Of a DNA stretch of 64,000 nucleotides, positions 8,615-18,631 are shown piece by piece. A model generated the notes under the pieces. That model made no database searches and was not told the DNA's origin. It worked only from the letters and a program-made list of their open reading frames with translations. The stretch is taken from contig CAVZZO010000001.1 in assembly GCA_963779755.1 (NCBI GenBank), forward strand, positions 1,728,001-1,792,000, read 5' to 3'. Each line of letters begins with the position of its first letter. The first letter of the stretch is position 1. Origin of the DNA: an uncultured Gemmatimonadales bacterium (lineage in GTDB: Bacteria > Gemmatimonadota > Gemmatimonadetes > Gemmatimonadales > GWC2-71-9). A program made the translations under genes and the position numbers.

Positions 8615-11600
8615 ATGCCGCCTGTCTCCGACCGCCGCAAGACCAAAGCCCAGTTGCTGGCCGAGCTGGACGAATTGCGTGAGCGCCTGGCGCGGCTGGA
8701 AGGCAACGGCACGGGGCGGGCGGAAAGTCCGCGCCCATCCTCCCGGCTGGCACAGGCCCTGCTTAATGCCGTGGGAGAGGCGGTCATCGCCACCGACGCC
8801 GAGGGGAAGATCCTCTACTGGAACCGGGCGGCGGAGGACCTGTATGGCTATGCCGCTACCGAGGTGATGGGCCGCCCGGTGCTGGAGGTGACCGTGCCGG
8901 CCGGCGACCAGGCGGAGGCGGCGGAGATCATGGGCCGGGCAACCCGGGCCGGCCCGTGGTCGGGGCAGTTCCAGGTGCGCCGGAAGGACGGCGCGCTCTT
9001 TCCCGCCTGGGTGAGCCTGGCGCCCTACCACGAAGGCGAACGGCTGGCCGGGTTCATCGGCATCTCCAGCGATATCTCGGAACGCACCCGGATGCAGGAG
9101 GAGCTGCGGAACAGCCGTCAGATCTACCGCGACTTTATCGCCCAGAGCCTGGAAGCAGTCTGGCGGTTCGAGATCTCCGAGCCGATTCCGGTAGACCTGC
9201 CTCCCGAGGAGCAGATCCGCCGTTTCTATGCCACCGCGCGTCTGGTCGAGTGCAACGACGCGATGGCACGGACCTTCGGCATTCCCGGTGCCGCCCAGCT
9301 GATCGGTACGCCGCCCGCCAGCTTGCTGAGCCCGGAGAATGCCCACAATCAGGCCGCGCTCCACGACTTCATTCAAGCGGGCCACCACCTGGAGAACCGG
9401 GAGTTCCGGCTGATCGAGCGCGACGGACGCCGGCGGTACTTCCTGGCCAACATGGTGGGGGTGGTGCACGGCGGCCGGCTGGAGCAGGTGTGGGGCACCC
9501 TGACCGAGATCACCCGGCGGCGGGCGGCCGAGCTGGCCGCCCGGGAGCGCGAGCGGGAGCTGCGGGCCATCACCAATGTGGTGCCCGCGCTCATTTCCCG
9601 GATGGACCGCGACCTCCGGCTCCGGTTCGTCAACACCACCTGGGAAACCTGGTGGGGCATCCCCGGCAGCGAGGCACTGGGGCAACCCATCGCCGAGATC
9701 ATGGGAGCGGAGCAGTTCCGCGAGGTGCGGGAGTACCTGCAGCGCGCCCTGGAGGGACAGGCCTCGACCTTCGAGATCCCCTTCCGCTTCGCCGACCGGG
9801 TACGCCAGATCCGGGCCTCCTGCCTTCCCGACAGGGACGATCGTGGCCGCGTGCTCGGCGTGGTCACCATGGTGACCGATTTGACCGAGCGGGTGATGGC
9901 CGAGCGCGCGCTGGAGGAGAGCGAGTTGCGCTACCGGCTCGCGGCCCTCGCCACCTCCGACACCATCTGGGACTGGAATCTTGCCACCGGCGCGATCGCC
10001 TGGTCGCCCGGCCTGGAGACCACCTTCGGTGGGCGAGCCGACCAGGTGGCGACTTTCGATGCCTGGGCCGGATTGATTCACCCGGACGACCAGGATCGGG
10101 TTTCGGGCAGCCTGCGGCGGTTGCTGGAGACGCGGGAGCAGACCTGGCGGGCGGAGTACCGGATGCGGCGGGGCGACGGCGGCTGGGCCGAAGTGCTGAA
10201 CCAGGCGTTCGTGGCCCACGATGAGGCCGGCCAGGCCGCCCGCGTGGTCGGCGCCATTACCGACTTCACCGAGCGCAACCGTGCCGAACGGGAACTACGG
10301 GCCAGTGAGACACGGTTTCGCCAGCTGGCCGATGCCATGCCCCAGATCGTCTGGAGCTCGCTCGCCGACGGCACGCTGGACTATTACAACCGGCGCTGGT
10401 ATGAAGCCACGGGCGCCACGCCGGACGAGATCGGCGACCAGAGCTGGCTGCCCGTGCTGCATCCGGACGACCGGCAGCGGACCCTGAACCGGTGGTATCA
10501 CTCCGTCCGCACCGGCCAGGAGTACGAAATCGAGTATCGTTTCCGCGACCCGGCCACCGGCGGCTACCGCTGGCACCTGGGGCGCGCGCTGCCTGCCCGC
10601 GACGAGCAGGGCCGCATCGTGCGCTGGTTCGGCAGCTCCACCGATATTCACGACCACAAGCAGGTGGAGGAGGCGCTCCGGGAAAGCGAGGGACAGCTGC
10701 GGCTGGCGCTCGATTCGACCGCCATGGGGCTGTGGGAGTTCGAAATCCCGACCGGGCGGGTGAAGTGGTCGGAAGGGGTCGAACCGCTCTACGGGATGGC
10801 GCCGGGCAGTTTCAGCGGGACCTACGAAGCCTTCCTGGACACCCTCCACCCCGATGATGCTCCGCGGGTGGTGGAAGCCGTCCGCCGCGCCATCGAGGAC
10901 AACGCCGAATACGACCTCGCCTTCCGGGTTCTCTGGCCCGACGGCAGCAGCCACTGGCTGATCGGGCGGGGCCAGGTCTTTCGCGACGCCGTGGGCCGCC
11001 CCCAGCGGATGCTCGGCATCACCATGGACATCACCGCCCGCAAGCGGGCCGAACAGCAGGTGCTGGCGGAGCACACCGTCACCCGCATCCTGGCGGAGAC
11101 GCCGGGCACCAAGGATCCGGTGCCGGCCGTCATGCGCGCGCTGGGTGAGCTGCTGGAGTACCGGGTGGCGGCGTTCTGGGTCCCGGCCGAGGGCGGCGAG
11201 TATCTCCGCTGCGCCGACGCGTGGTCCGATCCCGCGCGGCCGGCGCCGCAATACCTGGCCCTGACGCGAACGACCCTCTTCCGTACCGGTGACGGGTTGC
11301 CGGGACGGGTCTGGTCCGGCCGGAGCCCAGCCTGGATCGACCGGCTGGGGGAGGCGCCGGACCTGCCGCGTCGCGAGGCGGCCCGGGACGAGGGGCTGCG
11401 CTCCGCCGTCGCCTTCCCGGTGACAGTGGGCGAGGAATTCATCGGGGTACTCGAGTTCGTGGCCGGACGGCTGGAAGTGCTGGACGACTCCTACCGGCAC
11501 ATGGTGGACTCGGTCGCCAGCGAGTTGGGGCAGTTCATCGCCCGGCGCCGGGCGGAGCGGGCCTTGGCCGAGCAGGCCGCGCTGCTGGAGCTGAGCTATG

Positions 11601-14488
11601 ATGCCATCATTGTCTCCGACCTTGACGGCCGGGTCCAGTACTGGAACCATGGCGCCGAGCAGATGTACGGCTGGCCCCGGGGGGACGCCACCGGCCGCAT
11701 CGTGGCGGAGCTCCTGCATACGGAGCTCCCGGCCTCGCGCGAGGAGATCCAGGAGCAGCTCCGGCGGGAAGGCCGCTGGCACGGAGAGGTCGTCCGTACC
11801 CGGCAGAATGGGCGCCAGATCACCGTCGCCAGCCGCAGCTCGCTGTTACGCAACGATCTGGGCGAGCCCTATCGCATCCTGGAGATCAGCTCCGATCTCA
11901 CCGACCGGCTTCAGGCCATGGAGGCGCTACGGCAGAGCGAGGAGCGGTTCCGGGTGACGCTCAAGAGCAGCCCCATCATGGTGCTGCACCAGGACCGCGA
12001 GCTCCGCTACACCTGGGCGCACAATACCCACTCCACCTTTCCGCCCGAGCAGGTAGTGGGGCGCACCGACGATGAGTTGGTGCCCCCCGCGCTGGCGGAG
12101 CGGTTCCGACGGCTCAAGCGCGGCATTTTCGCCACCGGCGAAGGCACCCGCACCGAGGTCGATATGGAAATCGGGGGCGAGCCGCGAACCTGGGACGTGA
12201 CCATCGAGCCCTTGCGGAACGGCGAGGGCGCCATCACCGGGCTCACGACCGCCGCGGTGGATATCACCAGCCGGAAGTGGACCGAGCGCCGCGTGCTGGC
12301 GGAGCACGCGGTCAGCCGGATTCTGACCGAGGCGGCCACGACCGAGGAGGCGCTGCCCGCCATCGTCGAAGCTATCGCCCGGCACCTGGAGTTTGCGGCC
12401 GTGGAGCTCTGGCTTCCCTCCAAGGGCGATTCCTGCCTCCGGCTGGGAGCGCTGTGGACCCGGCCCGACAGCCGCTTCGACCAGTGGCGGGAGGCCGCGC
12501 TGGGCCAGACGTTCCGCGTCGGCGAAGGCGTGCCCGGCCGGGTCTGGGCCACCCGCGCGCCGGTGCTCGACCGAGATCTTGCCGACTCGGCCGATTTTCT
12601 GCGCCGCGAAGCCGGTGCAGCCGCCGGGCTCCGGGGCGGCCTCTGCGTGCCGCTGCTGGTGCCCGGCGGCGAAGGCCAGTCCGGGGTGCTGGGCGTGCTG
12701 GCCTGCTATTCCGGCCAGGTGGCCCGCCCCGACGATGCCCTCCTGCAGACCATTCTGGCGATCGCCGCCGAAATCGGCCAGTACGTGCGCCGCCGCCGGG
12801 CGGAGGACCAGCGGCGGGAGGCGGAACACCGGCTGCGCTTCCTGGCCGAAGCCAGCACCGTGCTGGCCAGCTCCCTGGAATACCAGCGGACGCTGACCCA
12901 CGTGGCACGCCTGGCCGTCCCCGTGCTGGCCGACTGGTGCGCCATCGATCTGGTCGAGGCCGACGGCAGCGTACGCCGGGTGGCGATCCACCATCAGAAC
13001 CCCGCGAAGGTAGAGCTGGCCCGGGAACTCATGCAGCGCTATCCGCCGGACCTCGACGCGCCGCGGGGGCTGGGGCAGGTGCTGCGCAGCGGCGAACCGG
13101 AGGTGGCAAGCGAGATTCCCCCTGCGCTGATCGAGGCTTCAGCGCCCGATGCCCGCTGGCTGGAGATCATTCGCGAGATCGGGCTGCGGTCGTTCATCAT
13201 CGTGCCCATGGTCATCCACGACCGGGTCCTTGGCGCCATCACCCTGGTGAGCGCGGAATCGGGGCGCCGATTCACCGGGGACGATCTCAGTCTGCCCCAG
13301 GACCTGGCCTACCGCGCCGCAGTCGCGGTCGACAATGCCAGACTCTTCCGGGAAGCCCAGGAAGCGGCGGAGCGCCGGGAGGAGATTCTCCGGCTGCTGG
13401 ATACGGTCCTGGCTGCGGCGCCCGTCGGGCTGGCGTTTCTGGACACCGAGCTGCGCTACGCCCGGATCAATACCGCCCTGGCGTCGCTCGACGGGATGAC
13501 GCCGGCGGAGATCGTCGGCCGCAGTCTCTTCGAGGTCATCCCCGACCTGGCCCCCGATCTGGCCCCCATCTTCCGCCGGGTGCTCGAAACCGGCGAGCCG
13601 GTGCTGGGGGTGGAAATGGCCTGGAACCCGCCCGGGCTCCCGGGGGAGACCCGCTACCGGCTGCAGAGCTTCTACCCGGTGGCGGGGGCGAATGGCCAGG
13701 TGGTCTGGGTGGGCACCGTGGTGGCGGACATCACCGAGCGCAAACAGGCGGAAGACGCGCTGCGCGACTTCGCCCGGCGTCTGGAACGCAGCAACCAGGA
13801 GCTGGAAAACTTCGCCTACATCGCGTCCCACGACCTGCAGGAGCCGCTCCGCATGGTGTCCAGCTATACCCAGCTGCTGGCGAAGCGCTACCGCGGTCGG
13901 CTGGACAGTGATGCAGACGACTTCATCAACTACGCCGTCGAGGGCGTGACCCGGATGCGGGCGCTCATCACCGATCTGCTGGCCGTGAGCCGGGTGGACA
14001 AGAAAGGTGCGGCCTTCCAGCCGACCGACTTCAATCAGGTGGTGGAGCGCGCGCAGGCGGTCCTCCATCCGGTGCTGGAGCAGGCCCGGGCCGAGCTCGT
14101 GGTGGGCGAGCTCCCCGCGCTGCCTGCGGATCAGAGCCAGATGCAGCAGGTCTTTCAGAACCTGCTCGGCAATGCGCTCAAGTTCCGCCGCCCCGATCGG
14201 GGCCTCCACATGGAGATCGGTGCGGAGCGGGAGGGCGAGGAATGGGTGTTCCGGGTGCGCGACAACGGCATCGGCATCGACCCGCAGCACCTGGAACGGA
14301 TTTTCATCATGTTCCAGCGGCTGCACACCCGGGCGGAATATCCCGGCACCGGGATCGGGCTTGCCATCGTCAAGAAGATCATCGAACGGCACGGCGGGCG
14401 AATCTGGGCGGAATCGAAGCCGGGCGAGGGGGCGACGTTTCTCTTTACGCTCCCGGTCAAGACGGAGAAAAGCGAAACCCCCGACTGA
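8615..14488 (+). CDS. Very large cytoplasmic sensor histidine kinase (about 9 PAS/PAC + 3 GAF + HisKA + HATPase)
   Basis: Repeated PAS/PAC motifs (HPDD, DITERK-like), GAF segments (GLPGRVW, GVPGRVW), FAYIASHDLQEPLR H-box, QNLLGNALKF, DNGIGI, GTGIGL. Start ATG 8615 preferred over 8522. Confidence 0.93.
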   Translation: MPPVSDRRKTKAQLLAELDELRERLARLEGNGTGRAESPRPSSRLAQALLNAVGEAVIATDAEGKILYWNRAAEDLYGYAATEVMGRPVLEVTVPAGDQAEAAEIMGRATRAGPWSGQFQVRRKDGALFPAWVSLAPYHEGERLAGFIGISSDISERTRMQEELRNSRQIYRDFIAQSLEAVWRFEISEPIPVDLPPEEQIRRFYATARLVECNDAMARTFGIPGAAQLIGTPPASLLSPENAHNQAALHDFIQAGHHLENREFRLIERDGRRRYFLANMVGVVHGGRLEQVWGTLTEITRRRAAELAARERERELRAITNVVPALISRMDRDLRLRFVNTTWETWWGIPGSEALGQPIAEIMGAEQFREVREYLQRALEGQASTFEIPFRFADRVRQIRASCLPDRDDRGRVLGVVTMVTDLTERVMAERALEESELRYRLAALATSDTIWDWNLATGAIAWSPGLETTFGGRADQVATFDAWAGLIHPDDQDRVSGSLRRLLETREQTWRAEYRMRRGDGGWAEVLNQAFVAHDEAGQAARVVGAITDFTERNRAERELRASETRFRQLADAMPQIVWSSLADGTLDYYNRRWYEATGATPDEIGDQSWLPVLHPDDRQRTLNRWYHSVRTGQEYEIEYRFRDPATGGYRWHLGRALPARDEQGRIVRWFGSSTDIHDHKQVEEALRESEGQLRLALDSTAMGLWEFEIPTGRVKWSEGVEPLYGMAPGSFSGTYEAFLDTLHPDDAPRVVEAVRRAIEDNAEYDLAFRVLWPDGSSHWLIGRGQVFRDAVGRPQRMLGITMDITARKRAEQQVLAEHTVTRILAETPGTKDPVPAVMRALGELLEYRVAAFWVPAEGGEYLRCADAWSDPARPAPQYLALTRTTLFRTGDGLPGRVWSGRSPAWIDRLGEAPDLPRREAARDEGLRSAVAFPVTVGEEFIGVLEFVAGRLEVLDDSYRHMVDSVASELGQFIARRRAERALAEQAALLELSYDAIIVSDLDGRVQYWNHGAEQMYGWPRGDATGRIVAELLHTELPASREEIQEQLRREGRWHGEVVRTRQNGRQITVASRSSLLRNDLGEPYRILEISSDLTDRLQAMEALRQSEERFRVTLKSSPIMVLHQDRELRYTWAHNTHSTFPPEQVVGRTDDELVPPALAERFRRLKRGIFATGEGTRTEVDMEIGGEPRTWDVTIEPLRNGEGAITGLTTAAVDITSRKWTERRVLAEHAVSRILTEAATTEEALPAIVEAIARHLEFAAVELWLPSKGDSCLRLGALWTRPDSRFDQWREAALGQTFRVGEGVPGRVWATRAPVLDRDLADSADFLRREAGAAAGLRGGLCVPLLVPGGEGQSGVLGVLACYSGQVARPDDALLQTILAIAAEIGQYVRRRRAEDQRREAEHRLRFLAEASTVLASSLEYQRTLTHVARLAVPVLADWCAIDLVEADGSVRRVAIHHQNPAKVELARELMQRYPPDLDAPRGLGQVLRSGEPEVASEIPPALIEASAPDARWLEIIREIGLRSFIIVPMVIHDRVLGAITLVSAESGRRFTGDDLSLPQDLAYRAAVAVDNARLFREAQEAAERREEILRLLDTVLAAAPVGLAFLDTELRYARINTALASLDGMTPAEIVGRSLFEVIPDLAPDLAPIFRRVLETGEPVLGVEMAWNPPGLPGETRYRLQSFYPVAGANGQVVWVGTVVADITERKQAEDALRDFARRLERSNQELENFAYIASHDLQEPLRMVSSYTQLLAKRYRGRLDSDADDFINYAVEGVTRMRALITDLLAVSRVDKKGAAFQPTDFNQVVERAQAVLHPVLEQARAELVVGELPALPADQSQMQQVFQNLLGNALKFRRPDRGLHMEIGAEREGEEWVFRVRDNGIGIDPQHLERIFIMFQRLHTRAEYPGTGIGLAIVKKIIERHGGRIWAESKPGEGATFLFTLPVKTEKSETPD

Positions 14489-14497
14489 GGCGTACGG

Positions 14498-14553
14498 CAA
14501 AGAGAGAAAAGGACTGAGAGAAACGCCCTTTCTCCCAGTCCTTTTCGTCTTTG
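14498..14553. terminator. Long near-perfect hairpin between convergent HK and gltA; probable bidirectional terminator
   Basis: caaagagagaaaaggactgagagaaa - cgccc - tttctcccagtccttttcgtctttg; built from the 14-bp unit also seen at 1614-1691. Confidence 0.6.
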
Positions 14554-14565
14554 TTCCGCGCTCCG

Positions 14566-15852
14566 TTACTTGCGCTGCACGATCGGCACATAGGGTCGCT
14601 CGTCGTAGCCGGCGTAGATCTGCCGGGGCCGGGCGATCTTCTGTTCCTTGTCCAGCAGCATTTCCTCCCACTGCGCCAGCCAGCCGGGCGTGCGCCCGAT
14701 GGCGAACAGCACGGTGAAGTAGTCGCGCGGGTAGCCCATGGCCTGGTAGATCAGGCCGGAGTAGAAGTCCACGTTGGGGTAGAGCTTCCGGGAGACGAAA
14801 TAGTCGTCCTCCAGCGCGATGCGCTCCAGTTCCAGCGCGATCTCCAGCTTGGGATTGAGCCCCGTCTGCTCGAAGACGTCGTAGGCCACTTTCTTGATGA
14901 GCTTGGCGCGCGGATCGTACGATTTGTAGACCCGGTGGCCGAAGCCCATGAGCCGGCCTTCGCCCTTCTTCACCCGCTCGATGAACCCGGGAATGTTCTT
15001 CTTCTCGCCGACCTGGTCCAGCATGGCCAGCACGGCCTCGTTGGCGCCGCCGTGCAGCGGGCCGTACAGCGCGGCGATGCCGGCGGACACGGCGGAGAAG
15101 GGATCGACCTCCGAGCTGCCCACGCTGCGGACTGCGCTGGTAGAGCAGTTCTGCTCGTGATCGGCGTGCAGGATCAGCAGGATCTCCAGCGCCCGCTGCA
15201 GTACCGCGTTGGGCTCGTGCTTGCCGCCGATACTGAACGTCATGTTCACGAAGTTCCCGATGTAGCTCAGGTCGTTCCGCGGGAACTCGTAGGGCAGCCC
15301 CCGGCTGTGCCGGAAGGCGAACGCCGCGATGGTCGGCAGCTTGGCCAGCAGCCGGACCCGCTGGGTATAGCGGTTGGCCGGATCGCGGATGTACTTGGCG
15401 TCGGGATAGAAGGTGGACAGCGCGCCCACCGCGCCGAGCAGCATGCCCATGGGATGGGCGTCGTAACGGAACCCCTCGAGAAACTTGATGACGTTGGTAT
15501 GCACGTAGGTGTGATACCGGATGTCATTCTCCCACTTGGACAGCTGTTCCCGGTTGGGCAGTTCTCCTTCGCTCAGCAGGTAGGCGACTTCCAGGAACGA
15601 GGCTTTCTCGGCCAGCTGTTCGATCGGGTAGCCCCGGTAGCGGAGAATCCCGCGGTCGCCGTCGATGAAGGTGATGGCGCTCCGGCAGGAGGCCGTGTTC
15701 ATGTACGCCGGATCGTAGGTCATCAGGCCGAAATCTTCGGCCGAGGTCTTGATCTGGCGCAGGTCCATCGCCCGGATGGTCCCCTCGGAGACGGGGACTT
15801 CATAGTTTTTCCCGGTGCGATTGTCGGTGATGGTCAGTGTATCTTTGGGCAC
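14566..15852 (-). CDS. gltA: Citrate synthase
   Basis: DPAYMNTASC, GILRYRGY, HADHEQNCST, GPLHGGANE, MGFGHRVYKSYDPRA and YPNVDFYSG motifs. GTG start at 15852 (VPKDTLTITDNRTG). Confidence 0.96.
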   Translation of the reverse strand: MPKDTLTITDNRTGKNYEVPVSEGTIRAMDLRQIKTSAEDFGLMTYDPAYMNTASCRSAITFIDGDRGILRYRGYPIEQLAEKASFLEVAYLLSEGELPNREQLSKWENDIRYHTYVHTNVIKFLEGFRYDAHPMGMLLGAVGALSTFYPDAKYIRDPANRYTQRVRLLAKLPTIAAFAFRHSRGLPYEFPRNDLSYIGNFVNMTFSIGGKHEPNAVLQRALEILLILHADHEQNCSTSAVRSVGSSEVDPFSAVSAGIAALYGPLHGGANEAVLAMLDQVGEKKNIPGFIERVKKGEGRLMGFGHRVYKSYDPRAKLIKKVAYDVFEQTGLNPKLEIALELERIALEDDYFVSRKLYPNVDFYSGLIYQAMGYPRDYFTVLFAIGRTPGWLAQWEEMLLDKEQKIARPRQIYAGYDERPYVPIVQRK

Positions 15853-15936
15853 GGAAGATTCCCTTGCGGTGCGATGTGGCGGTTGCGAGGGGCGCAGGGA
15901 ACATAGCCCCACCTAGCCTCACACCAAAGTCCATCC

Positions 15937-16794
15937 ATGCCTGCTCCAGACCCCACACTCACCGAGCGCGCCGCCGGCGCGCTGCTGGGTCTCGCCGCCG
16001 CCGAGACCCGCGGCACCAGCCCGGCGGGGGAGCTCCCGCCCGAGACCGGCCTGGCCGCGCTCCAGGCCGAGGCGCTGCTCCAGCAGCCGCTGGAGCTGGA
16101 GCGTCTGGTGGGCCGCTGGATCGACTGGGCCCGGAGCGGGGGCGCGGGCCTGGATGCCTGGACCCGCAAGGCGCTGGAGCACATTGCGCTGCACCAGTCG
16201 CCGCCCGCCGCCCTGGCCGGCCCCGCAGGCAGCGCCGCGCTGGCCCGGACCGTGCCCGTCGCCCTGGCGGCGCGGGCAACCCCGGCCAATCTGCTGAGCG
16301 GCAGCTTTCACCTGGCGTGGCTGCTGCACCCCGACCCGCGCTGCGCCTGGGGCGCGGTGGCGGTCAACGTCGCCATCGCCCGGTTCCTGGCGGGGCGCCG
16401 CGACTTCCTCCCCGACGTCATCGAAGCGCTGCGGAATAACGACGCGCCGGCCGAGTTGCTCGAGGCCGTACGCCGGGTGCCGCTCAGGCGCCGGGAGGAG
16501 ATGGCCGGGCCGGCAGAACATCAGGAGCCGGTGGTGCGCTCCGTCGAGCTGACGCTCTGGCTGGCCTGGCACGAGCCCCGCTGGGAACGAGGCATGGAAT
16601 GGCTGAGCCAGACGCAGCCCGATGCCGCCAGGCACGCGCCGATCGCCGGCGCCGTGCTCGGCGCCCGCGACGGCGAACGGGCCATCCCCCCGGCCTGCGT
16701 CAATGGCATTCCGAAACTCGCCGACCTGCGCCGCCTGGCGCACCGTCTGGTGGGGGTGATAGAGAGTGAGCAGCCTGGCAGGTTGTCACCCTGA
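15937..16794 (+). CDS. ADP-ribosylglycohydrolase-fold protein, catalytic acidic motifs degenerate
   Basis: ERAAGALLGLA N-terminus, HPDPRC, and IAGAVLGARDG...IP C-terminus typical of the ARH/DraG fold; lacks GD, TDD and DTD motifs. Confidence 0.75.
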   Translation: MPAPDPTLTERAAGALLGLAAAETRGTSPAGELPPETGLAALQAEALLQQPLELERLVGRWIDWARSGGAGLDAWTRKALEHIALHQSPPAALAGPAGSAALARTVPVALAARATPANLLSGSFHLAWLLHPDPRCAWGAVAVNVAIARFLAGRRDFLPDVIEALRNNDAPAELLEAVRRVPLRRREEMAGPAEHQEPVVRSVELTLWLAWHEPRWERGMEWLSQTQPDAARHAPIAGAVLGARDGERAIPPACVNGIPKLADLRRLAHRLVGVIESEQPGRLSP

Positions 16795-16865
16795 GCGCAG
16801 CGAAGGGGCCGAAACCGGCGGAAGGCTTCGGCCCCCCTCGGTCGCTGCGCTACCTCAGGGTGACA
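16784..16865. repeat. REP/MITE-like palindromic element
   Basis: Terminal IR tgtcaccctgag...ctcagggtgaca with internal gcgcagcga/tcgctgcgc and ggccgaa/ttcggcc pairings. It supplies the TGA stop of the upstream gene. Confidence 0.75.
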
Positions 16866-16871
16866 GTTATC

Positions 16872-16937
16872 CCGCAGTCCGCAGTCCGCAGTCCTCAGTC
16901 CTCAGTCCTCAGTCCTCAGTCCTCAGTCCTCAGTCCC
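16872..16937 (+). repeat. Heptamer tandem repeat (CAGTCC[G/T])n, about 9 copies
   Basis: ccgcagtccgcagtccgcagtcctcagtcctcagtcctcag... read directly. Confidence 0.9.
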
Positions 16938-17027
16938 TTCTCCTTTCTCTATTCTCTATCCGTTCCGCCCCGCTATCTTCCCCCGGTGGGACCCGCCCCA
17001 TCTCCCATCTCACCTTGAGGCACCATC

Positions 17028-18548
17028 ATGAGACGCTCCCTCGCGCTGCTCGTCTGCTGCGCCGTGGCCGCTCCCCTCTCTTCCCAGACCGTGGACACGA
17101 CCGGCGCCGGCGCACTCATCGGTCAGGCCATGGATCATTCCGAGGTCATGGCCAACCTGGAGCACCTGGCCGACGTGATCGGCCCCCGGCTCACCGGCTC
17201 GGCCGCCGCGCGCCGGGCCAACGACTGGACCATGCAGCGGTTCCAGGCCTATGGCCTGAAGGCGCACCTGGAACCCTGGACCTTCGGCGTCACCTGGGAG
17301 CGTGGACCGGTGGCGCTGCGGCTGACGGCCCCGTTCGACCGCATCATCGTGGGGCACAGCTGGGCCTGGACCGCGGGCACCAACGGGACCGTCGCCGGCC
17401 CCGTGATCCGCGCCGATATTTCCAGTCCCGAGAGCCTGGCGGTCTATCTACCCAAGGTGAAGGGGGCGTGGATTCTCCCCAACGAGCCCCGGCCCATTTT
17501 CAATCCGGACGGGCCGCCGCCCACCGCTGAGGACTCGGCGGCGATGCGGGAGGCCTTCCGGGCGCGCTTCCGTCGCCCCGCCGACACCACCGAGGCCGGG
17601 CGCAAGGCGCGGCAGCAGTTCATGATCGACCTGCCTTACAGGCTGAAGCAGGCCGGCGCGCTGGGCACGCTGACCGACGCGTCCAAGGAATACGGGCTCA
17701 TGAACATGAGCGGGTCGCCCTATCGGGTGTCGCCGCTACCCAACATCGTCATCGCGCATGAGGACTATGCCATGCTGTGGCGGGAGCTGGAGCAGGGCAT
17801 CGCGCCGCGCCTGGAAGGCAGTGTCCGGAACCGGTTCGGCCGCGAGGCGGCCACCCAGTGGAACACCGTCGCCGAGATTCCCGGGACGGAGCATCCCGGC
17901 CAGGTGGTGATTCTGGGCGGGCACCTCGACAGCTGGGACCTGGGCACCGGGACGACCGATAACGGCACCGGCAGCATGGCGGTGCTGGAGGCGGCCCGCA
18001 TCATCGCCCAGTCCGGACTCAAGCCGAAGCGCACCATCCGTTTCGTGCTCTTCACCGGCGAGGAGCAGGGCCTGTTGGGGTCAAAGGCCTATGCCGCCGC
18101 GCACCGCGGCGAGGCCGACAGCATCCAGGCCGTCCTGGTGCTGGACAACGGTACCGGCCGCATTCTGGGCCAGGCGCTGCAGGGTCGGGCCGATCTGGAG
18201 GGGTTGTGGAAGGACCTGCTGGTGCCGGTGGCCTCGCTCGGCGCCGACCGGGTGCGGGACGCCAACAAGGGCGGCACGGATCATCTCTCGTTCCTGCCCT
18301 ACGGCGTGCCCGGATTCAACTTCGACCAGGAATCCCGGGGCTACGGCCACACCCACCATTCGCAGATCGACACCTACGAGCACGCGGTGGGCGATGACCT
18401 GAAGCAGGCCTCGGCGGTCATGGCGGTCACGGCCTTCGAGCTGGCCAACCTGCCGTCCATGCTCCCGCGGGGCGAGACGTCGACCGTAACGCCGCCCGAG
18501 GTGGCGAAGCCGTCGGCCGGGCTGGAGAAGTACGAGGTGACGCGATAG
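17028..18548 (+). CDS. Secreted M28 family peptidase (carboxypeptidase Q-like)
   Basis: Signal peptide; IGPRLTGS, GGHLDSWD, DNGTGS, FTGEEQGLLGS, GTDHLSF and HHSQIDT motifs. Confidence 0.93.
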   Translation: MRRSLALLVCCAVAAPLSSQTVDTTGAGALIGQAMDHSEVMANLEHLADVIGPRLTGSAAARRANDWTMQRFQAYGLKAHLEPWTFGVTWERGPVALRLTAPFDRIIVGHSWAWTAGTNGTVAGPVIRADISSPESLAVYLPKVKGAWILPNEPRPIFNPDGPPPTAEDSAAMREAFRARFRRPADTTEAGRKARQQFMIDLPYRLKQAGALGTLTDASKEYGLMNMSGSPYRVSPLPNIVIAHEDYAMLWRELEQGIAPRLEGSVRNRFGREAATQWNTVAEIPGTEHPGQVVILGGHLDSWDLGTGTTDNGTGSMAVLEAARIIAQSGLKPKRTIRFVLFTGEEQGLLGSKAYAAAHRGEADSIQAVLVLDNGTGRILGQALQGRADLEGLWKDLLVPVASLGADRVRDANKGGTDHLSFLPYGVPGFNFDQESRGYGHTHHSQIDTYEHAVGDDLKQASAVMAVTAFELANLPSMLPRGETSTVTPPEVAKPSAGLEKYEVTR

Positions 18549-18549
18549 G

Positions 18550-18631
18550 AGTCAGGGACAAGGAACAAGGGACAAGGAACAAGGGACCAGGAAAGAGATC
18601 CCTTGTCCCCTGTCCCTTCTCCCTGGTCCTA
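18550..18631. repeat. Mirrored heptamer repeats (AGG[G/A]ACA)n / (TGTCCC[C/T])n between convergent genes
   Basis: cagggacaaggaacaagggacaaggaacaagggaccagg ... cccttgtcccctgtcccttctccctggtcct. Confidence 0.8.

Noticed and set aside
8615..14488. Kinase as a bacteriophytochrome or LOV photoreceptor
   Set aside because: Only the transmitter is Cph1-like. I see no PASDIP GAF/PHY motif and no NCRFLQ LOV motif.
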